Part shown: piece by piece, positions 1-14,981 of the stretch
Layout of the letters: each line of letters begins with the position of its first letter
Position numbering within the stretch: position 1 is the first letter of the stretch
NCBI RefSeq assembly: GCF_028641065.1
Contig: NC_073384.1
Span: 32,736,001 to 32,800,000, forward strand
Length of the DNA: 64,000 nt
Source: Leucoraja erinacea
Lineage: Eukaryota
Direction: 5' to 3'
The notes under the pieces: model-generated
The model's database searches: none
What the model saw: the letters and a program-made list of their open reading frames with translations, nothing else
What the model was told of the DNA's origin: nothing
Made by a program: the position numbers and the translations under genes

Positions 1-70
1 CTGACCCCGGATGCCGAGGATTCGATGGACGGACTCCCGGAGACTTCAGCGTGTAATTAAACTTCTTTGC
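1..70 (-). CDS. SOS1: SOS1 exon 20, 5' part only (runs off window); start of proline-rich C-terminal region
   Basis: Minus strand tgtgttttag|GCA AAG AAG TTT... translates AKKFNYTLKSPGVRPSNPRHPGS, matching the SOS1 exon 20 start (PKKYSYPLKSPGVRPSNPR); phase 0 fits exon 19. Confidence 0.88.
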
Positions 71-949
71 CTAAAACACAGTTCAATGGAAAGATGGTAA
101 AATTAAGTCTCATCCCGAATGGAGAATTGCAATAAGCTAAAGGGTCTAACAATCAGCAATTCTGGATGGACTAGGAACCTTAAACGGAAAAAGTAAAATA
201 TAAATATAGAACATAGAGTACAGTACAGCACACGAGCAGGCCCTTCAGCCCACAATATCTTTGCCGAACACCATACCAAGTTAAACTAATCTGCTCTGCC
301 TGCACACAATCCATATCCCTGAATATCCATGTGCTGATCTAAAAGCCTCTCAAACACCACCACCACCACACCTGGCAGCAGCTGCAAACACCCACCACCT
401 TCTGTGAGCTCTATAAACAGACCTTGCAGCTGACAGCTCTATAAATCCATTAAAAAAATCCCAATGAATGATCTCCCACTTTCTGAGAAGTTTGTAGCTC
501 AAGTCAGAATGGACACTTGAATCCGATGCCTCACTGTCTACCGTCATGAATTACAGAAAATTTAGTGAGTCCCGACCGGAAACATCACCTATCCACATTC
601 ACCAGAAATGCTGCCTGACCTGCGAAGCTACTCCAGCACTTTGTATATTTGTGGTATTATCTGAAATTCACGCATCAGCGAGTTCTTCATGATCCCAGGA
701 AAACCAAAGATAAAATTAAAATACAAACTATTTTGTAAATTTAAGAGGCCAGAACTCTACATGTTTGTTGATTAATGATTACCCACGTGATGGATAACGG
801 ATATAAGATTTGTTACAAATACTTTACGAGATGGGCAAAAGGAATTGTCGAGTTATTAACTCGCAGTACCATGAGGCGGTGTGTGCATCCAAACGCTTGT
901 TATCCAGTTAACTTCGATAAAAAAGTTGTTGCAAATACCCTTTTTACAG

Positions 950-1380
950 AACATAGAACAGTACAGTAGAAGAACAACCTCTTCGGCCCACAATGTCTGT
1001 GCCAAACATGATGTTAAGACAATCACTTTGTTACCTGCACATAATCCATATCCCAACATTCACTGTATATTTATTCCAACCAAAAGTCTTTTAAAATGTC
1101 ACTATCGCATCTGCCTCCACCACCACCCCCGATAGCATGTTCCCGACACTCACAAACTTCTGTGTGAAAAACTTGTCCCGCACAACTCCTTTAAATGTTT
1201 CCCCTCTCACTTTAAAGCTCTGCCCTCGAGTATTTGAATTTTCCATCCTGGGAAAAAGGTTCTGTCCGTCCACCCTTTCTATGCCTCTCATAATTTTTTA
1301 TATTTCGATCATTCTCCCCACAACCTCCGGCACTGCAGAATAAAACAATCTAAATCTGTCTAACCTCTCCTTGTAGCCAA
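950..1380 (-). mobile_element. CR1-clade LINE 3' fragment, degenerate
   Basis: Minus-strand ORF MRGIERVDGQNLFPRMENSNTRGQSFKVRGETFKGVVRDKFFTQ resembles the CR1 ORF2 C-terminus (TRGH..K...F..RV); same 3' tail recurs through the window. Boundaries approximate. Confidence 0.7.
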
Positions 1381-1829
1381 TACCTCTAATACTTATCTTT
1401 CTGACAATTCTAGACTATTATGTCTGCTTTCTAATGTTTCACCAGTACTTTAAAATATATTAAGTAAGATACCCCTTTTCCATAAAGGCCTTAAAGTGAA
1501 GTCGCGTAATGCCACATGTGACAATAATAAACCAATACCAATCAACTTGAAACTTGAACACCACCTGTGAAGCTGACAATTGTTGCTCTTGCACTTAAAT
1601 TGAGTGTCACAATTCTCGTATTGTTTTAATGCCAAAACATTCAGCATGGGAGAATCTCTAGGCTTCATCCTCCGAATTATTGCCCCTTATCAAATCCAAT
1701 TTCTCCACTGTTCTCCTTAACTTTAATGTTGGTAATATTCAGTAAAGACAAAAGATTCATAAGGTGCCTGAGCCACACTTTTTCTCCATAAGAAAATCTT
1801 TCTCCATTCTTAATCAGTTTCATCCACTA

Positions 1830-3062
1830 GAATCATACGACGCGGAAATATCCTTTCGGCCCAACTGGACCTTCAGTCAACCAAGATGTCCCATCTACAC
1901 TAATTCCACCTGCTCACATTTGACCCATATTCCTCTAAACCTTTCCTACCCATGTCCCTGTCCAAATGCCTTTTAAATATAGATATATAGTACCTGCCTC
2001 AAATACCCCCTCTGGCAGCTTGTTCCATATACCCACTCTGTGTGAAAAAGCTGCCCCTCATGTTCCTATTAAATGTTTTATCTCTCACCTTAAACCTATT
2101 CCTTCTAGTTGTTGATTTCTCTACCCGTGGGGGAAAAAAGACTGTGCAGTCACCCTATCAATTCTCCCTATGATTTCATACACCTGTATAAGATCACCCC
2201 TCAGCCTCCTACAACCCAAGGGCCTGCCTGTCCAACCGCTCCTTATTGTCCCTGGCAACATCCTTGTAAATCCTCTCTGTACTCTTTTCACTTTAATGGC
2301 ATTTTTCCTTTAGCAGGGTGGCCAAAACTGAATATGATAGAGTGATATAGCATGGAACCAGGCCCTTTGGCCCAACTCATTCATGCCGATCAAGATGCTC
2401 CATCTACACATCCCATTTGCTCACAGCTGGCCCATATATATACCTCTAAACCTTTCCTATCCAGGTACCTGTGCCACGTCTTTAAATGTTGTTATAGTAC
2501 CTGCCTCAACTACCTCCACTGGCAGCTCGCTCCATATACCCAGCATCCCGAATGAAAAAGTTGCCCCTCATGTTCCTATTAAATATTTGTAACTGAACTG
2601 CAGTGTGCTGATGGAGCCGTGATTACAGGTGAATAGCCCTTGCATTTAACTTATGAATGTCAAAGTCTGTCTACCAACATCGCCCTGTTGCACCAAATTG
2701 GCCTGGCCGCTGGGCATTATAGATGCGCCCTAGACATGTGGACCACTTCCCAGATATTCATAATTTACAGGAGCAGAATTAGGCCATTTGGCCCATCAAG
2801 TCTACTCCGCCATTCAATCATGGCTGATCTACCTTTCCCTCTCAACCCCATTCTCCTGTTTTCTCCCCATATCCTTTGACACTTTTGCTAATCAAGAATC
2901 TGTCAATCTCCACTTTCAAAATAGCCAATGACTTGGTCTCCAGAGCCATCTGTGGCAATGAATTACACCTTCAGAATAAAGAAATTCCTCCTCTTCTCGT
3001 TTCTAAAGGTATTTTCTTTTATTTTGAGGCTGTGCCCTCTGGTCCTAGACTCCTCCACTAGT
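1830..3062 (-). mobile_element. Cluster of CR1-clade LINE 3' fragments
   Basis: Several tandem degenerate copies of the same 3' UTR/ORF2-end sequence (e.g. ggagcagaattaggccatttggccc...tctggtcctagactc). Boundaries approximate. Confidence 0.65.
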
Positions 3063-3156
3063 GTAAACATCCCCACAAGATATTAGGGGAATATCCTCCT
3101 GTGTATCCTAATGCACAAATCGCTGTTAACGTATACAAAAGATGAAAACTACTTAC

Positions 3157-3273
3157 AAATCTGGGTAAAGACTTGGCGTTCCTAGGCTCTATTTCCAAAG
3201 ACTTATTGAACAAGTAATCTGTAAATTCTTTCTCCAACGCGTTTCCCATTGGATTTAGATTTTCAAAAAACTT
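3157..3273 (-). CDS. SOS1: SOS1 exon 19 (117 nt), CDC25 domain C-terminus
   Basis: [39 protein letters not shown]; acceptor ttttgcag, donor gtaagt. Confidence 0.95.
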
Positions 3274-4182
3274 CTGCAAAACAAAAGTACGAATTAAAAA
3301 AAATAGAAATATAGAAACCTATCAATTATTGTAGCTCTTGTGTTCATTTGCCATAAGGAACGGAAACAGGCCCTTTGGCCGCTGAGTTGTGATCACCGTT
3401 AGGCACTTATTTACAGTAATCTAAGTTTCAATCCCTTCACATTCCCAACTACTCGTTCCAGATTCTTTCACTGTACGACTGTCTCTCTTATCAAAAGGGA
3501 ATTGACCGATTTGTTGCAATGAGCGAAAAAAATTATATTTGTAAGGAAACAATGCAAATAATCCTCATTTAAATGTTACACAATCCTTTTGTTGGACTGA
3601 AAATGTGAGTTAGAAATATCTAAAGAGCTAGCACATCAGCTGGCACATGTGCTGAGATTGGATAACTGTTGTTGGGAAAAAAATTCTCACTTCTAATCAA
3701 AATGTGTGAAAAAAAATAGCATGTTTCAAGCAAGAAACTACAAAAATGACCCTGGATGAGGGAACCTGGGCAAGATGGTCAGATAAAAATATATAGGTTA
3801 ATCTTATCAGGACAAGGAAGTTCTACCTGGTGGTGTTAATTATTTCACTTTTACAAAACAAAACTGGATGAGAGTACCTATTATTCCTGGTGCACATTTG
3901 TTTGGTCTCTGTAAATAGCCCCTAGTGTGGAGGGAGTGAATGCAATTCTGGGATTGTGGGATAAGATAGAATTAATGTAAAAGGTGATCAATGGTCGGTG
4001 TGGACTCTGTGGGTCAAAGGGCCTGTTTCCATGCTGTATCTCTAAACTGAACTGAAATACCCACACCGTCCCCTCCTTCAATGAAATATGTTCTACAGTA
4101 GACAAAAGGAAACATTAAAAAACATATCCCCACTGAGCGAATTAATTAGTTATTTCCACAAAAAGAGATTCATGCGTTTCTA

Positions 4183-4422
<240 letters not shown>

Positions 4423-6107
4423 TTACAAAAATAAAAGTGCCAGAGTAACTCAGCGGGCCAGGCAGCAACTCGAGAGAACATAGACAGGAGATGTTTTGGG
4501 TTTGGGTCAGTCTGAAGGGTCCTGATTCGAAATGACACCTATCCACATTCTCTAGAGATGTGCTTGACCCACTGAGTTACTCAGTCACTTTGTATCGTGC
4601 TATGTTAATAAATTAATTTTAACTATTGAACTTTCTGCCCAACTAAGATTTAAAACGATTATTATTGAACTACAATGTTATATTTAAAAGCACAGCGAAC
4701 CCAAGGACAAAGACACAGCCTGGTCCCGCAGAATGGGCTTCCCACAGCACGTCTGAATATGAATCCTGCTGATCCCACTTCCCGATCCATAGCTCTGTTG
4801 GTTATAGGTTTTAAAGAGCTCACGGTGGACTTTTAAAAAAACGTGAGAGCATTTCTGGCTCCAGTGCCCTTCACACACTGTTTTGGACTCCCAACTTTTG
4901 TAGTGTGAAATAATGTTCGCATGGATCAATACAGCACAGGAACAGCCAAAGGGCCTACACTGCCCGTGCCGAATATGTTGCCAAGATAAACTAAACTCCT
5001 AAGCCTGTGTGTGATCCATATCCCTCCGTTCCTTGCATATCCACGTGTCTATCAAAAACCCCAAATCACCATCCATCACCACAACTGGCAGCGCGTTCCA
5101 ATCACCCACCATCTCTGTGTAAAAAAAAAAAACTTGCCCCGCATGTCTTTGACATGGACAAGTTGGGCTGAAGGGCCTGTTTCTGTGCTGTACGATATGA
5201 CATCTCATTTAAACTTTGCCCCTCACACCCTAAAGCTATGCCCTCTAGTCTTTAACATTTCCACCTGGGTAAAAAAGGTTCTGACTGTTTTCTCAATTCT
5301 TCCCTTACCCTTCTGACAATAATATTACATTTATACTTCCCAGTTATTGAACACCCAACCATGGGAAAATAGGTCAAGAGGGAATCTGGGGTAATTTAGA
5401 AGATCATTGAAATGAATGCACTCTCTTAGCAACAACTTATTTTGGAATTCCAGGGTGCAGGCCATCAGGATAAGGCTTTCTCCTCTGGTAATAACTTCTG
5501 TATTTACTTAAGACATAGGAGGAGGCCATTCAGCTCATCAAGTGTATGCCAGCTCACAGAGCAATCCCATTCCCCCGCACTATATTCCCTATAGCTGGCT
5601 CTGCTTCTTAGATCAGGGGCAGAAACACGTGAAAATATGCAACTGTTTCACAAGATGGCTAGTTCAATTGAAATCTTCAAGATGGAGATTCTTGTTCGGT
5701 AAGAATTGTTATAAAGAGCAGAACAAATGGACTTGAGGTACAGATTAACCACAAGCTACATTAATCTTGAAACAAATGTGGATTAGAATGCCTTGCACGC
5801 AGTCTGAAGGGGGCTCCAAAGACCCAAAACGTTGCATGTTCATTCCCTCAACAGATGCTGCCTGACCTGCCGAGTTCCTCCAACACTTTTGCTCAAGATT
5901 CCAGCATCTGCAGTCTGGAGTCTCCACCTTGGTTCTGTGATTATGTCTCAAGGTGACCACACTTCACAATTTCTCATTAGATACTCCAATGTACATATAA
6001 ATCTTGGATAACTAGGTAAACTGTGTAATATCCAGTCCCAAATTTTTCTATCCACAGACAGCTCTCTGATTCAAAAGCAGTCAACAAGCCCCCATCATGC
6101 TATTTTA

Positions 6108-6377
<270 letters not shown>

Positions 6378-7333
6378 CTATGAATGCAAACATTACAAGG
6401 AGAAAGTACTATGAGAAAAAATAATTTGAGCGAACCAATGTCCACATTTCTTTATTCAAATCTACAAAATGTAGTCACTGTTGAATTTGGACTTAGTTTA
6501 GCTGTCTCTTGAACACAATAACTGATTATTTGCTGTACTGCAACACAATACCTGAACAGTGTGAATGATCTACTCTGAGTCATTGTTAACTTGTGGCTTC
6601 TTGATTGCACAAAGTACATTCCAAATGCTATTGTAATTTTAAGGCTTTAAGTAATTTCTTCCCTTTCTTATATCTATTTTGTGGGACATGGGCTTGAGTT
6701 TGCATCTTCTATCTTAGAGTGCATTAAAAAGCAAACCAGAGTACAAAATTATCATGACTAAAAGGAGTTTTGATGTTTGTTTGACATATATTTTAATTTG
6801 AATTAAAACAAATTCATCATTTAATATTTAAACATAGAATATTTATTGCATTTTCCAAAGTGAAGAATTGCCATAAATTTTTCATCTATGTGAATAGGAT
6901 TCATATCACTAATTGCATCGCATAGATCTATTAAAATATTCATGTCCAGGAAGTGTATTTTGTTGAAACCTATCCCATGACAAGGAGTTTGTCAATACCT
7001 GTATTTCACTATTTGAATCTGTATAAGAATATCTTTCCTCCATATAAGAAAGGATATGCAAGCAATGGAGGGTTATGGATCACATGCAGGCAGATGAGAT
7101 TAGTTTATTTATGCATCGTGTACAAACAAAAACATTGCGGGCCAAAGGGCCTGTTCCTGTGCTGTACTGTTCTTTGATCAAAAGCAAGATAAGTGTAGTT
7201 TCTATACGTGAGCTGTGTCCAGTGATAATCAAAATGAAAATGGTCATTCACTTTTTTCTTGTATTTAATGCAGTGCAGCCTTCTGCTTTCACATAATTCT
7301 ACATATTTCATTGGAACATATTTGGTTGCATCA

Positions 7334-7573
<240 letters not shown>

Positions 7574-8820
7574 TTACTCACTGCATTGAAAGACAGGAAT
7601 CTTTAACTATCATAAAATGTAATAATGCCAAGGAAGTCAGAATGGCAAGAATTCTTTTCACCATGCCACTGACAATTAATTGTTGGACAACACTAAAGTT
7701 AACGTTTTCAGAATTAGATTCAGAATTAGCAACCTTCACCGAAGCTCCTTCAGAGAAACATTTGCCCCAATATAGGTCAGATCTAGGTGCTCAATCCCCA
7801 ACAGCCCACCACATCGGTTGTACATATGTGCTCGTTCTCCTCACCCAAGATGGTGACTGGACCTTAAGCAATGCAGTGTGACTTCACCCCAAAAGCAACT
7901 GACCAAGCTACGTCAACGTTGCCTACTGTGAAAGTAAACACTGGCTTATAATTTGAAGTACAATGAAAGTAAATCATAAATTAACAAAACATACATTAAA
8001 GACTTGTAAATAATTAAAAACATTAAGCTAAAGCAAAGTATTTTTTTTAATTACCTCCCCTAACCTTCTAAATCTTTACCACATAATCCCCACGGAAAGA
8101 AACTGAATCTCAGATCACGTATCAAGTCTGAGGAGATGCAGAAGTTAAGAGGTGCTTCTCCAAGACCAGATTCTAATCCACCTGCAGAATGAGCTGACAG
8201 ACTTAGCCCTCCAAATTTATCCAAATACTCTGTCTTGCAATGTCTGAGATTTACTTTAGTTTGAATAACTAAGTTTGAATAAATAACAAGATTTAAAAGA
8301 CACTTGGACAAGTACATGGATATGAACAATTGAGAGGGATGTGGGCCAAACGCAATCAAATGGGACCATCTTAAATGGGGCATCTTGGTCTGCACGGACA
8401 AGTTGGGTTGAAGGTCCTATTTCCGTGCTGTATGACTATAACTGAACATCAATGGTTCTGATCAAGTTTAATTACATTTTATTTGGTGAAAGCAAAATGC
8501 TAACTACTTTGTTTCACAAATTTAACCACATTAAAAACAGAAATTAAAATAGCTTGAGGATTTTATGAAGTATGACTACATAAGAAACAGAATAAGATTA
8601 AAATTGAAATGTTTTACACAGCACTAGGATTTTCATTTATACCTAATGTATGAGGTAACAGCACATTTTTTAGGATACCATGCACTAAATCCATGCTTTT
8701 GCCCTCCTAAAATGTCTGCATTGGTTGTCTAGTAAACAAAATCTGCCTGCTTCTATTTCAGCACAGAACTGTTGTATACATTGGCACTTTATCAAACCCT
8801 AATCAAACACAGATTGCTTA

Positions 8821-9003
<183 letters not shown>

Positions 9004-9639
9004 TTAGCCTGATATTTTGAAAGATATGATCAGCAGTTCAAACTTCATCAATTCATTTCACGACAAATGTTCTAATTATACATTTACAAATTTACATCAT
9101 TATTACAGTCAACAGCAAGATGAATTTCTAGAACTGCCTTGTCCAAAGCAGTTGGCTAAATGCTGCATTAAACCTAAAACAGCCATAAATAAAGCAAAAA
9201 ACAAAAACAGCAATGTATTTTGTCCTTTAATTCATCTCACATATATAATCTGAAAGACATTTTTGAATTAATTTTAAGCATTTACAGTACCATTAGTTTC
9301 TTTGAGACTGACGAGAATTATCAATATTTAATTGAGCGTCATGAGATACATCTTGTAATTATAAAAATGAGCTTTTCAGAGACAGAATTATTCCAATGAT
9401 TATTTTGATATTACAACCATTATGGGACAATAGCCACATTATTGATTGAAATATACAGCATGGACACAGTGCCATTGTCCCACCAAGTTCATGCTGATCA
9501 CTCATCAAGAACATTTTGTATTAAAACTTGTAAAACCGTACTCAGTAAAATCTAAATCTTGTTGCTTATTTGCCCACAGTAAAGTGCTTCTAATTCTGAG
9601 TTCAGGTATATTCAACATCAACACGAGAAAAATCTTTAC

Positions 9640-9862
9640 CTGTAAAGATCAGATTCTAATAATGTTAACTGTCTTGCAATTTCTATTGGATGCAAAGTTA
9701 GCAAGTCAAATGCTTCAATTTGACCAATTTTACTTATGTGCCATTCAATAGATGGGGGTGAACTTTGAAATGTAATAGCGTGCGACGGTCCATTTGCTTG
9801 TGCCTGTTTTTTCCGCAGAATTATTTTACTGATAGATTCAACCCATTTTTTCATGGCTTTAC
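9640..9862 (-). CDS. SOS1: SOS1 exon 14 (223 nt), REM/CDC25 junction
   Basis: [75 protein letters not shown]; acceptor atgcag, donor gtaaag. Confidence 0.96.
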
Positions 9863-9974
9863 CTGCATCACAAACATGAGGGGATTACCACAATTAAACG
9901 TTGTTAATAAAACAAACTTGTCTTTGTAGATAAATTATTGTTGCAGAATTGTTGATCATTTTAGGACATCTCAC

Positions 9975-10078
9975 CTCTAACTGTCCCAATGAATTCTTCT
10001 AGACGATATAACAACTCTGCATCTCTTTCAAAGTCATAGAAGTGATGTTCCACCCAGTGTCGACAAACATTCAAAACT
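9975..10078 (-). CDS. SOS1: SOS1 exon 13 (104 nt), REM domain
   Basis: [34 protein letters not shown]; poly-T tract then ag acceptor, donor gtgaga. Confidence 0.95.
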
Positions 10079-11179
10079 CTTAAAAAAAAAAAATGCAATT
10101 AATAAAATGTTTTAATACATTTTGGAATTTTACCCATTCTCCTTATTATCGCTACTTGTTCAGCTTCTGTGAGTACAATTATTATCCCAAAATATTCCAT
10201 TTAATTATACAAAAACTGGCACAATTTATAGATTATCTGATTTGACTGTAGAGCGTGTAAACATAAGCTTTTCACAGTATCTTGGTGCAGGTGATATTAA
10301 TAAACCAGTAGCATTAATTTGTAAAACATGACAGGTTTATGAAGGAAGAAAAAAGCTTACTTCTACTGACTTTGACTTTAATATATTTTAAAACTTTTAT
10401 ATGTAACTTGAAACGGTGGAAGGTAGTCATACTTTGTAAATAAAGCACATTCTCTGAGGCTACTTAAGTGCAAATCTATTGGAGTATGGCATCATCAGAT
10501 GCATCATTCAAAAGCTTTTCACTGGACCTCAGTGCACATGACAATAGTAAACCTAAACCACAGCATCTGAATAATTTCAAGGCATTATATCAAGTGTGGA
10601 ATGTTTATGGTATTCACTGTTTCTGCACTAATACAACACTTTCATTTCACTGCACATCTCGTATGTGTATGTGACAAATAAACTTGACTTCACAATTACA
10701 GCAAATAGGCTGTCACATAATCTATGATGAACCAATATAATTGATGAGAAATGACTGGAATTCTGCTATTTTAACAAATGTATAATGTGTAGTGACTTAA
10801 TAAGCATAGCATACAAGGAAATCAGTTACATATTAGGATAATAGGTTTTTTTGTTGAATCTTTAGACATCTATTCAAGATCACACTGCTATATGTTTTGT
10901 GCACTAAACAGCCAAACAATTGACCATTATGGATATATTTGACTAATCCCAATGTCTCTCCTTTTTATCTTTTAGGAAGAGAGCCTTCTTGTTTATGAGG
11001 AAGTTGTAAGTAATAATCCCGGTTCTAATGTCCCAAAAGCAAATTTGAAAAGATAAGCACATTGAACATGGTGAATTCAATGATTCCACGTCAAGGACAC
11101 TGAGGACAGATCTCCAGTGTGCTAGAAACACTAACCTTTGGTTACTAGTGCCATGATCAAAGAAGAAAAATAAAAGGTC

Positions 11180-11520
11180 AAGATAGAGTGGATGTGGAGA
11201 GGGTGTTTCCAATAGTGGGATAGTCTAGGACTAGAGGGCACAGTCTCAGAACAAAAGGATGTACCTTTAGAATGGAGATGAGGAGGAATTTCTTTAGCCA
11301 GAGGGTGGTGAATTTGTGGAATTCATTGCGACAGATGGCGGTGGAGGCTAATTCATTGGGTATTTTTAAAGCAGAGATTGATAGATTTTTGATTAGTAAG
11401 TGTGTCAAAGAGAAGGCAGGAGAATGGAGTTGAGAGGGAAAAATAGATCAGCCATGATCAAATGGCAGAGCAAGCTCGATGGTTTGCGTGGCTTAATTCT
11501 GCTCATATGTCTTATGAACT
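11180..11520 (+). mobile_element. CR1-clade LINE 3' fragment
   Basis: gtctaggactagagggcacagtctcaga...aggaggaatttctttagccagagggtggtgaatttgtggaattcattg encodes a TRGHSL...RRNFFSQRVVNLWNSL-like ORF2 end; close copies at about 33255-33490 and 43180-43500. Confidence 0.75.
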
Positions 11521-12408
11521 TATGAAGAAATACATAAATTCTGATAGGTTAAGGCTTGATTTTAGGTCTCAGCAAGTCATAATCTGTATCAACAATGTGG
11601 TGAAGGATCTAAATATAATATTTCTGAGTCTGCTGATTACAACAAACTAGATGGGATTGTGAGTACAGAGGATGAAAACAGGCTTCAAGAGGGTGTGGAC
11701 CAGCTGAGTGAGAACAAAGCACCTGGTGGTCTGACACCTCCTTTAATCTGGACAAAATTGAAATCCCCCTCAGAAGTGCCCTAAAAAATGTGGTCCCTAG
11801 GCCGGGTGAGAGGGCCGATCCCAGCCTCATTGGGACTTCCACGCCGATCGATGGGTCAAATTTGCCCCATGACAGGGGCTCTGGAACTCCGGCCCAGCCG
11901 GAACCGACAGATCTGTTCCCATTGCCAACTTCTGAGGTCAACATTGCGGGCTTTGGCCCCTCAGCGGACCGTTCAACTCCTCTCGGAGGCCGTGACCTCT
12001 GTTGGTCTGGCAAAATTAATAATCCGGCAAGTTTCTGGAACTATGGCTGCCGGAAAATCAGTGGTGGACCTGTTTAAATTTTAAATGAGGTTATCCACTT
12101 TGCTGCACGTCACAGAAGAGCCAAAGTACTTGTGAAATGGTAAGAGATTGGATAATGTGTTTGATCCAAGGAACCTACAAATGTTTGCACGTGACTAATT
12201 AAAGGTCAACATTCAGGTACACCTGGCAATCAGGAAGTTATATAGTAATTTAGCTTTTTGATTTCCAAGAGTAGCTGAATATAGAAATAAGGACATTTTA
12301 TAGGAACTTACATTGGATTTAGCGCCCTGTTGCTAAATCACTTTAAAAGTCATTTTGAATCCCAATGCATCTTGTTTTCTCCATGTAGCACAACGAAAAG
12401 CTACTTAC

Positions 12409-12531
12409 CTAAGCTGCACAGGTTGAACGTATTCTTTCCTAAATCTTTTTAATTCTGCACTAAGAGGTTGGTCACCATGTTCCAAAGCTTTCCGATCAGC
12501 TTCAGTAGGCTCGGGTTCTGGAATTTCAAAT
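12409..12531 (-). CDS. SOS1: SOS1 exon 12 (123 nt), REM domain
   Basis: [41 protein letters not shown]; acceptor gtgttag, donor gtaagt. Confidence 0.95.
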
Positions 12532-13675
12532 CTAACACACAACATGAAATTAAAATGTGCACATCCAAAATATTTTACAATTCATTCAGTAACTTACCTA
12601 AATGGCAGACTCAGCAAAATAATAATAAGGTAAATATTCACCACTACAAACATTATGTGCATCATTACTGTATTCACAATCATTAGCTTTCTTTCTTATC
12701 ACTGATTGTGTTGTCTCCCATTGCACATGAGAATCAAAGAATACAAACATTTTATTTATTGATTGATACTGCGTGGAAACAAGCCCTTTTGCCCACTGAG
12801 CACGTCAACCACCCATTTATTCTAGTTCTACATTATCCCACTTTTTAAAAATTGTACTGTACCTTTACAGCAGAGAAAAGGGGTCAACTGCTTTTCCTCT
12901 GTACAAGCCTTCTTCCATCTTACTACACCTCATCTTATCCTTCGCTCCATAGATGCTGCCTCACCCGCTGAGTTTCTCGAGCATTTTTATCTACTTTCTC
13001 CTTATCAACATATCTTTCTATCCCTTTCTCGCTATATTCTGCTATTGTTCATCTTTTATTTTGTTTGTGCTATTTGTTGCAGCCACTCAGCTATTCCATA
13101 TTATCAACATACGATTTTCTAACTCCACAAAATTCTGCCAAGTTCAAACCACTATGACTATTCCTCGCCCACCATCCATGTAGCCAGAAAGTCACAGAAA
13201 TGCTGAATTACGAGAAAATATACAAATAGCTCAAAAATTATTTTAATTCCCATTATGAAAATTCTCCATCTATTACAACAATTCTCCCTCCTGCCAAAGG
13301 CAGAATGCCTGACACATTTTCCTCACACCAACTATGTTACTCTATTGCACAACCTAGCCCAACACAATTCAGACAAGAATGATTCACCATCAGCTCCCTC
13401 CCATACATTCCCACTCCTAGTTTGCTCTGGATTCCTTTGTCAGTCTCCCATTTACCACCCTCTAAGATGCTTATGGTAAAAAGCTGCAGAATACTATTAT
13501 ATGAAACAGATGGAGAGTGATAGATTGATTGAAAATGAATAAAAGGGTTAAATTCAACTGGTAAAAGTGTGGTAGAAGAAATAAGGGAAGGGAGTAATCC
13601 AGTTCACAAGGTTCAGAATAAAAGAAATGAAATGAGATGGACTAAGACACCAAGAGTGACAATAGTTTCACATCA

Positions 13676-14402
13676 CTGGGTGGCGCCAGCAATGGCTGCC
13701 TCGCCAACAGTTTGTCTGTACCTTTCTTCTTTTGTTGTTTGCTTGTATGTGTTAAATGTATGTTTTAGTGTTCTTTAGCTTGTTTTATGTGCGAGGAATG
13801 GGGGGGGGGGGGGGGGGGTTGGGGGGATGGAGATGCATTTTTTTCCCGTATCTTATATCCGTCCGCAATGCGGCCTAACATCGAGGAGGCCGACTTCGGG
13901 AGCTCCGACGCGGGAGCCTGCGGACTTACCATTGTGGAGCCCGCGATCCCTTTGCCAGGGATCAACCTCTGAGCTCCACCTGTGGGAGCCTGTGAACTTT
14001 AACATCGTGGAGCTCGTGGTCTCTGGTCAGAGGCAAACTTCGGGAGCTGCAAGCCACAGGAGCTTCGATTGCCCCGACACGGGAGCTTCGACCGCCCCGA
14101 CACGGGAGCTACGATTGCCCCGACACGGGAGATTCGATCGCTCCGACAAGGGAGCTTCGATCGCTCTGACTGAGGATGGTTCGATTGCCCCGACTACGGG
14201 AGAATAAAGAGGAAGAAGATTCAACTTTATTGCCTTCCATCACTGTGAGGAATGTGGGGAACCCGCTGTGGTGGATGTTTATGTTAATTTTTATGTAGTT
14301 GTGTGTCTTGCTGCTTTTTTTTTAGTATGACTGTATGGTAATTCGAATTTCACTGTACCTTAATTGGTACATGTGACAATAAACAGACCGTGAAACCTTG
14401 AA
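13676..14402 (+). mobile_element. GC-rich non-autonomous SINE-like retroelement with internal 23-bp tandem repeat and Rex1-type 3' tail
   Basis: Abrupt GC rise, about 6 units of gggagcttcgatcgccccgacac (14059-14202), and a 3' end ttcactgtaccttaattggtacatgtgacaataaa resembling Rex1-type tails elsewhere in the window (48825-48860, 52455-52500). Confidence 0.5.
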
Positions 14403-14899
14403 TCCCTACATGACTATACAACTGACTACCTCCAAGATGGACCAAAGGTCACTGTCATAGAGGGGTTTTCCTGATCCATAACTACCAGCAACACATCAGT
14501 ACAATGCACTCCAGATGCACTGAAAGTGGAATGTCTAAACTTTGGCCTAAAGCTTTTCTCTAACCATTATCTGTGATTAGATAATGAAATAAAGAAAGTA
14601 CCTTGGAGACAGCTTATGGAAAATAAACCACAGCCAAATACAAGTAAATATGTACAGAAATATTTTGCAATCTAAAATAATTGTGAGCAAAGATATATTA
14701 GCAAGTGTTCTCTTTCCCTAACTTCAGAGTCATCAGTTTTCTTCATAGCATACACGACTTGAAGCTTTCACATGTTATGGACCACTGTGTAATTTAGTGA
14801 TTCAATTTAATGAAAGTTCCTGGCTTAAGGCAGCTACGTTTCTCCCTTTCCCCCCTACATTAAGATAATAATGAACTGCAGCACAAAATATTAACATAC

Positions 14900-14981
14900 C
14901 TTTCAATTAAAAGGCTAAGCAACTCCTGAGGTTTGCAGAAGGAACGATACGTTGTGAGAAATGTCCTAACAAAGTTTGGAT
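14900..14981 (-). CDS. SOS1: SOS1 exon 11 (82 nt), REM domain
   Basis: [28 protein letters not shown]; acceptor tttttccag, donor gtatgt. Confidence 0.96.

Noticed and set aside
14059-14202. CRISPR-like appearance of 23-bp repeats
   Set aside because: Units are head-to-tail without unique spacers, in a vertebrate intron with no cas genes; a minisatellite.
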